Shown in pieces: positions 19,487 to 31,500 of a DNA stretch of 64,000 nucleotides (position 1 is its first letter; each line of letters begins with the position of its first letter). The stretch comes from an uncultured Methanomicrobiales archaeon (lineage in GTDB: Archaea; Halobacteriota; Methanomicrobia; Methanomicrobiales; Methanospirillaceae). The stretch is taken from contig CAVWXH010000016.1 in assembly GCA_963758915.1 (NCBI GenBank), forward strand, positions 381,789 through 445,788. The letters are read 5' to 3'. The translations under genes and the position numbers were made by a program. The notes under the pieces are model-generated. The model was not told where the DNA came from. It searched no databases and saw nothing but the letters and a program-made list of their open reading frames with translations.

Positions 19487-21154
19487 TCAGGAATTTCCGA
19501 GGTATTTTCTGAGTTCTGAATCACGGAGCTCGTTCCGCTTTATCTTCCCTGAAATAGTCTTTGGCAGATCTGGTACGAATTCTATCTCCCGGGGATATTT
19601 ATAAGGCGCAGTGGTACGCTTTACATAGGATTTTAATTCCTTTACCAGTGTTTCAGATGGTTCGTACCCGTTATTGAGTACAACAAATGCCTTGACAATC
19701 AACCCCCTGATCCTGTCAGGAGAACCTACCACTGCTGCCTCGTGTACCGCGGGATGTTCTATGAGCGCACTCTCTACTTCAAATGGTCCTATCCTGTAGC
19801 CGGAACTCTTAATGACATCATCATCGCGCCCGACAAACCAGAAATATCCGTCATCATCACAGTAGGCCTTATCGCCCGTGTAATAGTAACCATTGATGAA
19901 TGAATTAGTATTTTCAGCAGGATTATCTATGTATTCCACAAAAAGTCCCACGGGTCGTGGGTCGAGTTTAATCGCGATCCGTCCCTCCTCACCCGCATTT
20001 ACCAATTTCCCGTTATCGTCATGGAGTTCCACGATCCATCCCGGTGACGGTTTACCCATTGATCCGAATTTTGGTTCCATGCAGGGGAACATGCCAATAC
20101 AACAGGCTGTTTCAGTCTGGCCGTATCCTTCATAAATGGGAAGTCCTGTTCCCTCCTTCCAGACCCTGATCACCTCGGGGTTTAAGGGTTCTCCCGCGCT
20201 GCAACAGTGCCGAAGCGCAGAGAGATCAAACCTGCCCAGATCTGCAAGGATCAACATCCGGTAGATCGTCGGTGGACAACAGAATGTTGTGACCTCATAT
20301 TTCTCCAGAAGCGGCAGCAGCTCAGTTGCAGCGAATTTCCCGGTAAAGTGGTACACGAAAATACAGGCCCCTTCTATCCATTGCCCGAAAATCTTGCCCC
20401 ATGCACATTTAGCCCACCCAGTATCGGCAAGGGTAAAATGAAGGTCATTGTGATACAGGTCCTGCCAGAACCGTGCAGTCACGATGTGACCGAGCGGGTA
20501 GCTATGGTCATGGAGGACCATTTTCGGCTCTCCGGTCGTCCCCGATGTGAAGTAAATAAGGAGCGGGTCTGTACGCCGGGTACGCTTCATTTCAGGCATA
20601 CTAACCTCATGGTGGGAAACCGGGGCTGGATAAAGAAGTTCATACGGGTAACCGGCCCATCCTTCCAGTTCTCCATCCACAAGAAATCTTGCAGTAAGTG
20701 TCGGGCACTGGTCACATATTTCTTCGATTTTTGCTGAATTTTCGAGGTTTGTAATGACCATCCTGAATTTCCCGATATTTACACGATACTTGATATCCTT
20801 TGGTGTCAGCATGGTCGTACAGGGGCAGATTACTGCACCGAGCTTGATCAGGGCGATCGAAAAAATCCACCACTCAGGAATTCGCGGCAGCATGATCAGC
20901 ACGCGATCACCCTTGTTGATCCCGTACTTGAGGAGAATGTTGGCGGCCTGGTTGGATTGATTTTTCAGGTCCTGGAAGGTATATTTCTTCTCCTCTCCCT
21001 TTTGGGAAACCCAGATCATTGCCAGCTTATTCCGGTCTTTTTTTGCCCATTCATCGATTACATCGAAGCCAAAATTATAATGTTCAGGGACCGGTATGGA
21101 AAAACGAGCATATTCTTCCGGATAATTGGATAGGTTACTCCTTGAATCTGCCAT
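19487..21154 (-). CDS. Acyl-CoA synthetase (AMP-forming), paralog lacking the RHH domain
   Basis: Same ANL motifs (YFTSGTTGEPK, YEGYGQTET, LPKTISGKI); colinear with 14839..16704. Confidence 0.93.
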   Translation of the reverse strand: MADSRSNLSNYPEEYARFSIPVPEHYNFGFDVIDEWAKKDRNKLAMIWVSQKGEEKKYTFQDLKNQSNQAANILLKYGINKGDRVLIMLPRIPEWWIFSIALIKLGAVICPCTTMLTPKDIKYRVNIGKFRMVITNLENSAKIEEICDQCPTLTARFLVDGELEGWAGYPYELLYPAPVSHHEVSMPEMKRTRRTDPLLIYFTSGTTGEPKMVLHDHSYPLGHIVTARFWQDLYHNDLHFTLADTGWAKCAWGKIFGQWIEGACIFVYHFTGKFAATELLPLLEKYEVTTFCCPPTIYRMLILADLGRFDLSALRHCCSAGEPLNPEVIRVWKEGTGLPIYEGYGQTETACCIGMFPCMEPKFGSMGKPSPGWIVELHDDNGKLVNAGEEGRIAIKLDPRPVGLFVEYIDNPAENTNSFINGYYYTGDKAYCDDDGYFWFVGRDDDVIKSSGYRIGPFEVESALIEHPAVHEAAVVGSPDRIRGLIVKAFVVLNNGYEPSETLVKELKSYVKRTTAPYKYPREIEFVPDLPKTISGKIKRNELRDSELRKYLGNS

Positions 21155-21283
21155 GAGAATCGCATTAAAATATGTGTTTTCCGACTTTTAAATGATCTTT
21201 TCCTTCACGATGGAACCCCTTTTTTTGAGGACATAAAGGTTCTCCATTAGTATTATGATGCAAAAGCAAGCATATACTAATCA

Positions 21284-21838
21284 ATGGACGATAAGCAGTA
21301 CGCTTCATTAAAAATCGAGAATATCGTTGCTTCAGGGGCAATTGCAGATTCTATAGATCTTGCAGAGATCTCTAAAAAAATAGAGAACTGCGAACTCAAT
21401 ACCAAGCGGTTCCCCGGGGCAGTATTCCGGATAGAGAACCCGAAGATCGCCTCGCTGATATTCTCATCCGGTAAGGTAGTGCTCACCGGGATCCGGGATA
21501 AACAGGCACTCCATGATGGTCTGGCACTGATAATCAAGTCCATGAAGGAGGCCGGGGTTAAGACCTATGATGAGCCCCGGGTGGCGATTACGAATATTGT
21601 CTGTTCGTATGATATCGGGAAATATATCAACCTCAATAAAGTCGTCATTACCTTAAACCTCGAGAATATTGAATACGAACCTGAGCAGTTCCCGGGACTT
21701 GTCTACCGGATTAAGGACCCGAAAATTGTTGCCTTACTCTTCTCATCAGGAAAGATCATCCTGACTGGTGGGAAAAACCTCGAGGACATCAAGCGTGGCC
21801 TCGATTTCCTTGAGCAGAAACTCGGCAGTATTATGTAG
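21284..21838 (+). CDS. tbp: TATA-box-binding protein
   Basis: Two TBP repeats: IENIVAS...FPGAVFR...LIFSSGKVVLTG and ITNIVCS...EYEPEQFPGLVYR...LLFSSGKIILTG. Confidence 0.98.
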   Translation: MDDKQYASLKIENIVASGAIADSIDLAEISKKIENCELNTKRFPGAVFRIENPKIASLIFSSGKVVLTGIRDKQALHDGLALIIKSMKEAGVKTYDEPRVAITNIVCSYDIGKYINLNKVVITLNLENIEYEPEQFPGLVYRIKDPKIVALLFSSGKIILTGGKNLEDIKRGLDFLEQKLGSIM

Positions 21839-21865
21839 TGCCATGAATTTGCAATTTATTTTTTC

Positions 21866-22106
21866 GCTTTGTTGAAATGCTCTGAAAACTATCTTACCTT
21901 TTTGAAGTATTCCTTAATTTACCAACGCTGCCGGGGCGGAGACCAGAGAGCGGTGGAGACTCTCGGAATAATCCAGATTCTGTACAATTCGGTCAGAAGA
22001 TTTCCCATATATATATCAAATCGGCGCCCAATTTAAGGAGAATTTTAACGAGGCATTTTCAATCGTGCGGGTGCGAATTTCCCACTCATGTGTGTTTCAA
22101 CGGGGC
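21866..22106 (-). mobile_element. MITE-like repeat, copy E (internally deleted variant)
   Basis: Ends GCTTTGTTGAAA ... TTTCAACGGGGC. The right half (GGCATTTTCAATCGT.CGGGTG.GAA..TC....TCATGTGT) matches copy C. Confidence 0.78.
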
Positions 22107-22184
22107 AGGAATTATGATACCAAATCGTGGTTCTCTGCCTTTCCATTGAATTTATCGGTTAAGTTCCTCCCTAATGCCAGTTCT

Positions 22185-23528
22185 TTATTGCCCTGTTCCC
22201 GGAACAATACCGTACTTCCGGCAGAGAGCCTGCCATGCAGAATAATCGGATCTGCCAAGTACAGGGCCGAGGGAATTGAGGCGGTCCCATTCCCTGGCAT
22301 CATGCCATTCTTCGCTCACGGTACCAAAGGATTTTCCCTCCCCGGCAGGTAATACTTCAGGGAGTGACCTGATCCTGCCGAATGCCGGGTATTCTCCGTT
22401 GCCGTCAGTGATTATTAAGGGGGTTGTCGTTTCGATAAATGCGTATCCGGTATTTTTATATGCATATTCAGGCGTTGAACGAATCCCGACGGCGGTATGT
22501 TTCTCGGCATCAAAGTCCAGTAATGCCACACCGTACCCCAGTTTGTGAAGGATATAGGCAAGAAGTACTGATTTCTCACAGCAGACACCCTTATTGTCAA
22601 GCAGGGTCTGGTACGGGTACCTGATCTCAAGCCTCCCCGTATCAAGCATCTCCTGGTCATACGGGATCTGCTGCACAAGGCTTACGGCGATCCGTACCTG
22701 GTCATCAGGATCATCCGTTTTTTCCCGGATGGCATCAACCAGTGGGACGAGAAACGGGTCCTGTACAGGCAGGTAGATAAATTTCTGGTACCGGTCTTTT
22801 TCCCCTGTATAACTATAGGGGTCCTCTTTTGCTATCTCCCTGGATACACCATTGTACAAGGTAAGGTTCAGCATCCCGTGTTCTCCCCGCAGGACATAGG
22901 GGAACGATGTTAAAACCGCCCCTGTTTTCATAGCCATGTAATGCTTTGGGATAACGCCTGAATCCTGGCTTAATGAAGGCACAGTGGAGTACACAGGTGC
23001 AGGAGTCTTTGCAATGACCGCTCCCTGCTGGCCTGCAGGGCCCCTGGCATCAGTTCCCGAACTTCCGGAATACAGAAATAAATTAGTCCCGCCTTTCCCG
23101 GTAATAATCGGGATGGAGACGGTAAGGGCAATAGTAAGGACCATGAGCAGGACAATGACCATTGCCCATACCTTCAATGACTGCTTGTTCTTCCCGGTAG
23201 TCACCACACGGGAGTTCAGATTTTCCCTGGTACCCGTTGAACCATTCCGGGCAGTTTTTTTGGACTGAACAGATGATTTCAGAGATGTACGCGAAGGGAT
23301 ATTCGCATTGCCCCCTGCTGGTCCATATTTCTTCGCTCTTTCAAAACAAGTGACTGCTTCATCCAGATAACCAAGCGCACGACAGGTCATACCCAGGTTG
23401 TACCACGCATCTGCATAGAGGGGGTCTATCTGCACCGCTTCCGAGTAACAACGCAATGCTTCTTCAAACCGTTTCTGCCTATAGTATCCGTTTCCTTTCT
23501 CCTTCCAGTCGGTCGCACCGGTATCCAT
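22185..23528 (-). CDS. TPR + transmembrane + transglutaminase-like cysteine-protease domain protein
   Basis: Two N-terminal TPRs, one TM, then SLVQQIPYD, RYPYQTL...GVCCEKSVLL, HTAVGI, FIETT. Confidence 0.82.
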   Translation of the reverse strand: MDTGATDWKEKGNGYYRQKRFEEALRCYSEAVQIDPLYADAWYNLGMTCRALGYLDEAVTCFERAKKYGPAGGNANIPSRTSLKSSVQSKKTARNGSTGTRENLNSRVVTTGKNKQSLKVWAMVIVLLMVLTIALTVSIPIITGKGGTNLFLYSGSSGTDARGPAGQQGAVIAKTPAPVYSTVPSLSQDSGVIPKHYMAMKTGAVLTSFPYVLRGEHGMLNLTLYNGVSREIAKEDPYSYTGEKDRYQKFIYLPVQDPFLVPLVDAIREKTDDPDDQVRIAVSLVQQIPYDQEMLDTGRLEIRYPYQTLLDNKGVCCEKSVLLAYILHKLGYGVALLDFDAEKHTAVGIRSTPEYAYKNTGYAFIETTTPLIITDGNGEYPAFGRIRSLPEVLPAGEGKSFGTVSEEWHDAREWDRLNSLGPVLGRSDYSAWQALCRKYGIVPGTGQ

Positions 23529-23609
23529 TATTCCCTGCAGATATGTTTGTCTGGTATTTCGTGCCGTAAAATTTAAACTCGCGGGTAGCAACAACAAAGA
23601 CCGGGAGCA

Positions 23610-26302
23610 TTACCAGTAACGATGCGTCCTGATAAAATTCCGTTCCGCTTTCAGTATCTCCCGGTAGAATGCATCACCTTCAGAGAGTGTCAGTAAGATC
23701 CTCGATGCATGTTCAGGTCCCACACCTTTTCCTGCCAGTGCGATGACTGCCTTCTTCCCGCTGGAAAGGACAATATTGGCGTTCCTGTTCAGCCTTATTT
23801 CGATTGCGCGTTCTTCAACCGTCTTTTTCTGCTTGTTTGCAATGGCATAAAGCTGCTCATCCCATGGTTTGAGGACAGCGATGAGGCGGGCATTGCAGAG
23901 CGGACATACCGGGTTGTCCTTCACTCTTTCGACAGTTGTCTTGCTTTTCCATTTCCGGCAGTTCATACATGCAAGGAACACTTCCTGCTGCATGAGGCGG
24001 CGTTTGAGAGTTGATATAACCGCCTGGTCTGCAGTAGGTGGGGGTATCTGGTCACGGGATGAAGTGAACAGTGCCTCGGCTCCCAGCAGGCTGATCGGCC
24101 CCGTATGGACCTCGATTTTTCCGGAACGGACTTCTTCAACAATAGCCGCAGCACCATCCACGTCCATGTATACGGAGAACAACTCTCGATAGGCTTCATC
24201 CTGGATCACGGTATCTTCAAACATTTCGGTTAGACGATGGATTGACAACCGTTCATAGTCAGCGTCCGGGTCAATTGCCCCGAATTTTTTCGCTATCTGT
24301 ACCAGTTTCCACTTGAAAAGAGCTGTACGCTTGAGCGCGAGCCCGAGTATCCCCCTGATATGCGCGGGTTCAAGTGCAAGAAGGGCTTCTTTGACATCCG
24401 GTGCCCTGATAGTGGATGGTAACCTCAGCAGTGCCCTGTATGCATCGATCTCAATTCCAACGGTTGTTCCGTACCGTGCTGAAATGAGGATAGAGAGGAC
24501 GCGGGCGAGGGCCTCGTTTGTTTTATGGCCTGCACAACAATTAAGCACCACACCTTCCGGGGCGTTTTCAAGGGTAATACACTCGTCTGTCGGTACAACC
24601 GACCTGTTCTTATCCATCTCGGAAAGGAACCGCAATACAACGTGAGATACCGTTTCATCGTCCGAATATGACCTGATATCACGAGTCCTCCGTAGGCGCC
24701 CCTGTTCACGGGCGATTTCAAAGGGGACAGGTATCTGCTCTCCCTCCCATGAAGGCAGTTCACCTTTTGCGAATTTCGCGGGTTCGACCGTAATTTTTCC
24801 GTCTTCAATATCAAGGACCCTCCAGAGCTGTCCCTTGGTAATAAATACAGCTCCCGTGTAGACCCATCCTACAACAAAGGACTCGTCAAGCGTGCCGACA
24901 GTCTTCCGCGATACCATGTCAAACACCGGCATCTTACGTTCGTCATGGATCATCGAAAGGTTGCCTGCGAGGTAGCGCCGTGCGCGGGACGTGGTAATGA
25001 TACTGTCACCATTCAGCCTTATCAACCGGTGGTCCTGCATCTGGCCGCATACCCTTGAAAGGAAGTCCGGGTGACCGGAAAAGACCGAAGTCCTCCCAAT
25101 AATTGAGGTGATTTTCGATTTCTGGATCTCGCCATATTCTACTGCCATCGCTGCGACCTGGTTGGCAAGGACATCTGCCGCATCTTTCGGGATGCGGACG
25201 GGTTCTATCTCATTTGCCCTGGCTTTCCGGGCAATAACAAGCGATTCGAGAAGATCATCAAACCCTGTGGCAAAGACCGTGCCCCTCGAAACGGTGTTCA
25301 GCTGGTGCCCGGCCCGGCCAACTCTCTGGACGAGGCGTGCAACTTCCCGGGGGGAGCCGAACTGTATTACATGTCCGACATGCCCGATATCAATTCCCAG
25401 TTCCATTGAAGATGTGCAGATGAGTGCCTTTATCCGGCCTGATTTGAACTTTTCCTCGGCTTCGATCCGCACTTCACGGGAAAGTGATCCGTGATGGACT
25501 TCAACATCGCCCCTTGCATACAGGACATGGCCCAGCGCCTCTGCAGTAACGCGTGTATTGGTAAAGACCAGTGTTGATCCATGTGAATCGATTGACTTCC
25601 CAACAGATTCCGCCTGGTGTTCAAATTTATCACCGATATACTCTACCCCGATCTCAAGGTGTTTCGCGACCGGGACCTGGACAAGCGAGAATGGACGCTG
25701 CCCGCAAAGGTAACGGCCTACATCCCCGGGGTTGCCGACAGTTGCAGATAGTCCCAGCCGCTGGAATTCCCCTGCATACTCCACCAGTCGTTCAAGTCCC
25801 ACCGCGAGCTGTATTCCCCGCTTACTTCCTGCAAGCTCGTGAATTTCATCAATTACTACAAACCGCACATTGTCCAGGTGCTTCCTGAGAATTTTCCCCA
25901 TAAAAAGTGCCTGAAGGGTTTCAGGCGTGGTTATTAACAGGTCGGGTGGTGAAAGTGCCTGTTTTCTCCGGTCTGTTGCAGTCGTATCCCCATGACGCAC
26001 CCCGACAGAAAAACCAGCTCCTTACACCACCACTCGAGACGCTGGAGCATGTCCCGGTTCAGCGATCTGAGCGGGGTAATGTACAGGACCTGGAACCCAC
26101 CCCCGGGCAGGGAAAGCATGCTGTTGAACACGGGGAGCATGGCACTCTCAGTCTTACCGGTCCCGGTAGGCGCGATAAGGACCATGTGTTCCCCTGAAAG
26201 GACACGCGGGATCGCCTGGGTCTGCACCTCGGAAAGGTCAGAGAAGCCACGTTTCCGGATACACGCCCTGATCCGGGAGTCAAGGAGATCAGCCGGACTC
26301 AT
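23610..26302 (-). CDS. lhr: Lhr-like DEAD/DEAH-box helicase; frameshift near 26010
   Basis: APTGTGKT, ITPLRSLNRD, TTPETL, DEIH, LSAT, HHGSLS, QRVGRAGH, PSWEGE, C-terminal CxxC...CxxC. Confidence 0.92.
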
Positions 26303-27263
26303 ATTCCTCCACCGACGAAAGTGGCCCGATATAGGTACCATCAGCCAGGTAGATTTCGCAGGACGTCCTGTCCATGCACCGGGAGAGCGGGGAGGTCGGT
26401 GAACCGGCTATCTTCAGCACATCGAACCCGGACAGTTCGTTAAATGCCGGTATAAACAGCACCCTCGTTCCGGATCGGCCATGCTCACGCTGAATAGTCC
26501 CTTCCGGAAGTTCAGGCCAGGCCATACCTTCATAATCGGGCAGGTTACAATCAAAACCATCCACTGAACCGGTCCCTGAAAGTGATACCATGGGGACCTT
26601 CTTTTTTTTCCGGGTCGTCCGGGTTTTTCCAGTTCCAAACTGCAGGGTATGAGAGACTGGTTGTTCACAGGCAGGTACATGGCTATGGTTTCCCATGTTG
26701 TCCGATGGCCTCATTCTTGTGAAACATTCCTCCCTGATTTTTGCAAACAGGTAGGCTGGCGCCCGGAGTGAACACCCGACTTCGTCCCGGAGGCATACAA
26801 GCGGGTGGTGGTGACCGCAGACAATCAGGTGGCCTTCAAGGGAGGGATCTGGATAGGTATGACCATGAATGTAGCCGGTACCGTCAACAAGGGCTCCTTC
26901 TTTTGGTAACAGTTCTCCATCCATGAGAAACCGCTCTATCCCGATATCATGGTTTCCCGGCATCAGCAACAGGCGGGATAAACCCCGGAGAGAAGAGAGA
27001 AGTTCCGGGAGCTCACGGTATTCCTGCCAGGTCGTCTGTGGAATACTGTGTTTTACATCACCTAGGAGAAGTACGATATCAGGGTCTGTTTCCCTGATGC
27101 ATGCAACACACTTTTCCTGTCGCTGCCGGCTCCTGCTTTTAAAATGTATGCCGTGACGTGCAAGATCTGACTCAATTCCCAGGTGGAGATCTGCGATGAC
27201 CAGCACATCTTTGGTGTTGCTGACAAGAAGCGCCGGACCGGACTCGATGAATTCAAGGTTCAT
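26289..27263 (-). CDS. Metallophosphoesterase (Lhr-associated MPE type)
   Basis: ADLHLG, GDVKH, GNHD, HGH, GHHHP, PAFN. Overlaps both neighbours. Confidence 0.88.
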   Translation of the reverse strand: MNLEFIESGPALLVSNTKDVLVIADLHLGIESDLARHGIHFKSRSRQRQEKCVACIRETDPDIVLLLGDVKHSIPQTTWQEYRELPELLSSLRGLSRLLLMPGNHDIGIERFLMDGELLPKEGALVDGTGYIHGHTYPDPSLEGHLIVCGHHHPLVCLRDEVGCSLRAPAYLFAKIREECFTRMRPSDNMGNHSHVPACEQPVSHTLQFGTGKTRTTRKKKKVPMVSLSGTGSVDGFDCNLPDYEGMAWPELPEGTIQREHGRSGTRVLFIPAFNELSGFDVLKIAGSPTSPLSRCMDRTSCEIYLADGTYIGPLSSVEEYESG

Positions 27264-28030
27264 AACAGCTTTATTGCACCTGCAGCAGGCTGGTAACATT
27301 CATCCTCTTCCACAAGCTGCCGGACTGCAGCAATGACCTGGTCTTCGCGTATCCCCTTCCCGGCTGCAATCGGGAACAGTTCGGATATGTTGACACCCTT
27401 CGGTCCGCTGTGGGTTTTTATCAGGTCAAGCAGGACTTCCCGTGGATCAGGTACTACGATTGAGCCTCCGATAACCCCAGTGACTTTTGACAGGGCTTCC
27501 TCAACCATATCCACGAGCGATCTGATTTGGACAGCACTTATGTGATAATGATTAATTGCCTGCCTGATTACCGGGTCATCCGTTCCATTCCTGATTGCCT
27601 CCTCCAAAATTTCAAGCCGTGCGAGTGTCTGTCCGGCTGTGACAAGAATCCATGAATCACGAGTAACCCGGTCAACAATCCGGATTGACAGGGGTCTGAT
27701 GATAACTCCCTTATTAATACTCCGTGAAACCTGTGCCTCACCGGTGACCAGTACAAAAACCGGCGGTTCCACCTTTTCAAGAACCGTGAAAACTTCTTCC
27801 TCCTGTATACCTGTGGACAGGTTAAAGGTCCCGGTGGGGTCAGCAACCCACGCCTGCAGAAATCCACCGGGTTTTTTTTCCACGCGGGTCAGTGCACCGC
27901 CCAGTAACAGGTATGAACCGCATGCCCCCGAAGGCGTAATCATTAATTGTGGAGATTGTTTCGATCCCGCATCTTTTTGCAGGGATGTCCCTGATAGTTC
28001 GCCTGCAAAAATCCTGAGTAGGGCCGTCAT
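27260..28030 (-). CDS. RPA32-like OB-fold + winged-helix protein (RPA-associated family)
   Basis: ALLRIFAGEL, ITPSGA, ADPTGTF, PPVFVLVTG, RDSWIL, C-terminal LVEEDECYQP. Confidence 0.78.
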   Translation of the reverse strand: MTALLRIFAGELSGTSLQKDAGSKQSPQLMITPSGACGSYLLLGGALTRVEKKPGGFLQAWVADPTGTFNLSTGIQEEEVFTVLEKVEPPVFVLVTGEAQVSRSINKGVIIRPLSIRIVDRVTRDSWILVTAGQTLARLEILEEAIRNGTDDPVIRQAINHYHISAVQIRSLVDMVEEALSKVTGVIGGSIVVPDPREVLLDLIKTHSGPKGVNISELFPIAAGKGIREDQVIAAVRQLVEEDECYQPAAGAIKLL

Positions 28031-28537
28031 GTCCTGGATCTCCCGGGAAATATACACGTATAGTACGTACAGGTTGTAAAACTGATACTATGATTACCTG
28101 AATTATTGCAAAAATACCTTACCTGTTGACAGGCAGGGGTCATGCTGTTCTTTCCGCTCATATTTGTATACATAGTATCTCAGGCCTCAGCTGATATCCA
28201 TTATGCTGAAGGCAATTGTTATCCCGGTAACAGTTTAGTACCGGCGATTAAACATCAGGATGTTTTTTTTACGCATGAAAATAATCCATCATTATTATCG
28301 ATCCTGTTATATTGTAATTGATAAATAGTTGCTTTTTCCTGGTATTACCCTCATATATCACCTTATTCATGTATTGCGCGCTCATTAAGCGATGAATCAT
28401 TCCGGGTACAATAACTCCCTACCATGGGGGTAAATTGCGATTCCGGGGGTTTGCAGGTGAGACCTGACCCGCGAATTTATAAAGTCGACATTACCCTTAA
28501 ATACTTTCCTATTCAATCTCAAACCACTGTGGTTTTT

Positions 28538-31500
28538 ATGCGAACGAAAGGGCTAAAGATTGCGTTTCTAACGGTAGTCCTGATAATCAGCATCATATCA
28601 CTGTCAGCAGCGGCAGCAGATGATGTAAAGGCTACGAATTATCCTTTCTTTACGAAAGGGAATGTAAGCGGCGGAACTTCTGCTCCGTCTCCGGTTGATC
28701 TCCTTCTAGGGTCAATAACAGGAACCGGTGATGAACAGGAAAACCTGGTATTGCTGGATCCGGATAATGCCAAGACCGCATCCGGAAGCTGGATAAAGCC
28801 AATACCTGTGCAATTCATCAGGAATGCAGGACAGGCCGGTGAAGGAGTAAGGTTTGAGATAATTTCTGAAACAGGCTCCATCTTCTTTACAGATTCTAAA
28901 ACCGTGTTTGCACTCTCCTCACCGGATAATCCATTAGATGCTGAGGTCTTCTCTCAACAATTTGCAGGGGCAAATACAACGTTGGTCGAAGGGATTAAAC
29001 CCCTGCCAGGAAAGGTTAATTTCTTTATTGGCTCTAACCAGAATAACTGGTACACTAACGTAGATACCTACGAGGGTATCCATTATATTGGCCTCTATCC
29101 GGGAATTGATTTGAATTATAGGGTATTGAAGGTAACCTTAAAAGTGAATTCCTTCTTAAGCCGCATAGTGACCCCGGCCTGATCCGGATAAGATATGAGG
29201 GTATTACCAGTATTGCCAAAGGAAACGATGGATCACTGGTCATTACAACCCGGCTAGGCACCTTCAGGGAACTTAAACCCGATGCATACCAGATGATCAA
29301 TGGCCAGAAATTGCCGGTAAGCGTTGACTATACTATAGTATCGCCCAATGAAGTGGGTTTCAACGTGGGGAATTATGATAAGAATTATCCGCTTGTAATA
29401 GACCCCGTGATGAGATATGGCATTTATCTTGCAGGAATTGGTGTGGCAGATGCGAGGGCTATTACCAAGGATCCGGATGGGAATGCCTATGTTGCCGGCA
29501 GGACCTATACAGGGTTCACGCTTCCAGGTCCGGGTGAAGTGGTCGAAAGAACAGGAACAGATGCAATTGTAGTAAAAATCAATGCCGATGGGTCTGCCCC
29601 ACTTATATAGTACATACCTCGGGGGGAGCAGGAATGACGGTGCTGCAGGAATTGCCCTTGATGAAAATCGCAATGTATTCCTGACAGGATCAACCAGTTC
29701 GCCAGATTTCCCTACCGTTCAGCCTATACAGGGTTCCCTGAGAGGGGAAACAAATGCTTTTGTGCTTGAACTCGGACCTTCAGGGGATTCGATAATCTAT
29801 TCAACCTATCTTGGAGGGACAAAGACCGATAACGGAAATGCCATAGCCATCGATCCGCAGGACAACGCCTATATCACAGGAACAACTACCTCCATCGACT
29901 TCCCGACCATTAATCAATTTCATACCTACCAGTTGAACGGAGCTCAGGCTGCATTTGTTTCAAAAATCGAAACATCTGGATCAGAGCTTGTGTACTCCGG
30001 CTATATCGGTGGAAATGCACCCACTACCGGAGCAGGGATAGCCGTTGATACAAGTGGGAATGCATTTGTCACCGGCGAGACCTATGCATTAAGCGGCTTC
30101 CCCATCATTCATGCCTACCAGCCACACAGCGGGGGAAATGGGGATGCATATATAATTAAAATTGCACCAAATGGAGGTTCAGCAATATATTCGACATATA
30201 TCGGTGGTTCCGGTTATGACAGCGGTGCATCTGTTGCCCTCGATTCAGCCGGAAACGCATATATCACGGGTGCCACAGGTTCACCGAATTTTCCCTATAA
30301 AAAACGCTGCACAGCAGCACCCTGGCGGGGCCCTGGATGCATTTATATTAAAAATCAGTCCTGATGGTTCACAATCTCGTATATTCAACGTACCTTGGAG
30401 GATGGCTGACCGACAGGGGTAACAGTATTGCACTCAACGACAACGGGAATGCCTATATTACCGGGTGGACGTTCTCAACGAACTTCCCTGTTGTGAACCC
30501 CTACCAGTCCAGGTACGGCGGTGGCGCATCAGATGCATTCGTTGCAAAACTCGGTATTACCGGGGGATCATTTGATTATGTAACCTATCTTGGAGGGAAC
30601 GGTCGTGACCCCGGTAATGCAATCGCTGCCGACAACAATGGAAATGCCTATATTGCGGGCAATACAAGCTCCACCAATTTCCCGATGGTAAACCCCTACC
30701 CGGTTCCACCCGGTGTACTTGGGGGATATGTGGTCGTCCTGGGGGACAATCCTGTTCCCCCGGGACCCCCGGTAGCTGATTTCTCAGCGAATACCACGTT
30801 CGGATTCAAACCGGCAACAATCCAGTTCACTGACCTATCCACCATGCACCCGACGTCGTGGCACTGGGACTTCGGAGACGGGTCTGTTTCAACATTACAA
30901 AACCCTGTCCACACCTACATGGAGCCGGACACCTATACCGTTACCCTGAAAGCCACGAACCCGTATGGGGCCGACACTGTTGTTAAGGAAGGGTACATCA
31001 CCGTCATAGGGCCAATCGGAGGTGACAAGGGGTACTACCTTGTCCATAGTAACGTTGATGGAGCAAGTGTCCTGTTTGATGATGTCAATGAAGGGACTAT
31101 TGTCAACGGGACACTTCTGGTTGAAGTTTATGTAACAGGAACACCATTCAGGACATTCACTGTTCAAAAATGCGGGTACTTCTCTCTGACCCAGAATATT
31201 ACCGGTTACCCGGCCAAAGGTGAGACGGTTAACCTGTACGCCAACCTGACAGCGCCTAAGGAACCCCTGATTGCAGATTTCATTGGGGGTCCAATATCGG
31301 GGGTAGCTCCTCTGGTTGTCGGGTTTACCGATTATAGTATCGGCCACCCGGAGACCTGGGCCTGGAACTTTGGCGATGGGTCCTCCTCACCAGATGAAAA
31401 CCCGGTCCATGAATACACAATTCCCGGGACTTATAATGTTAGCCTTCACGTGACAAACACGGCCTGTTATAATAGTACGATGGTCAAAACAGGTTATATC

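Noticed and set aside
28415-28480. Nested hairpins upstream of the giant PKD gene as a riboswitch
   Set aside because: They lie upstream of the likely TATA box (TTTATAAA at about 28476) and match no aptamer I recognise.
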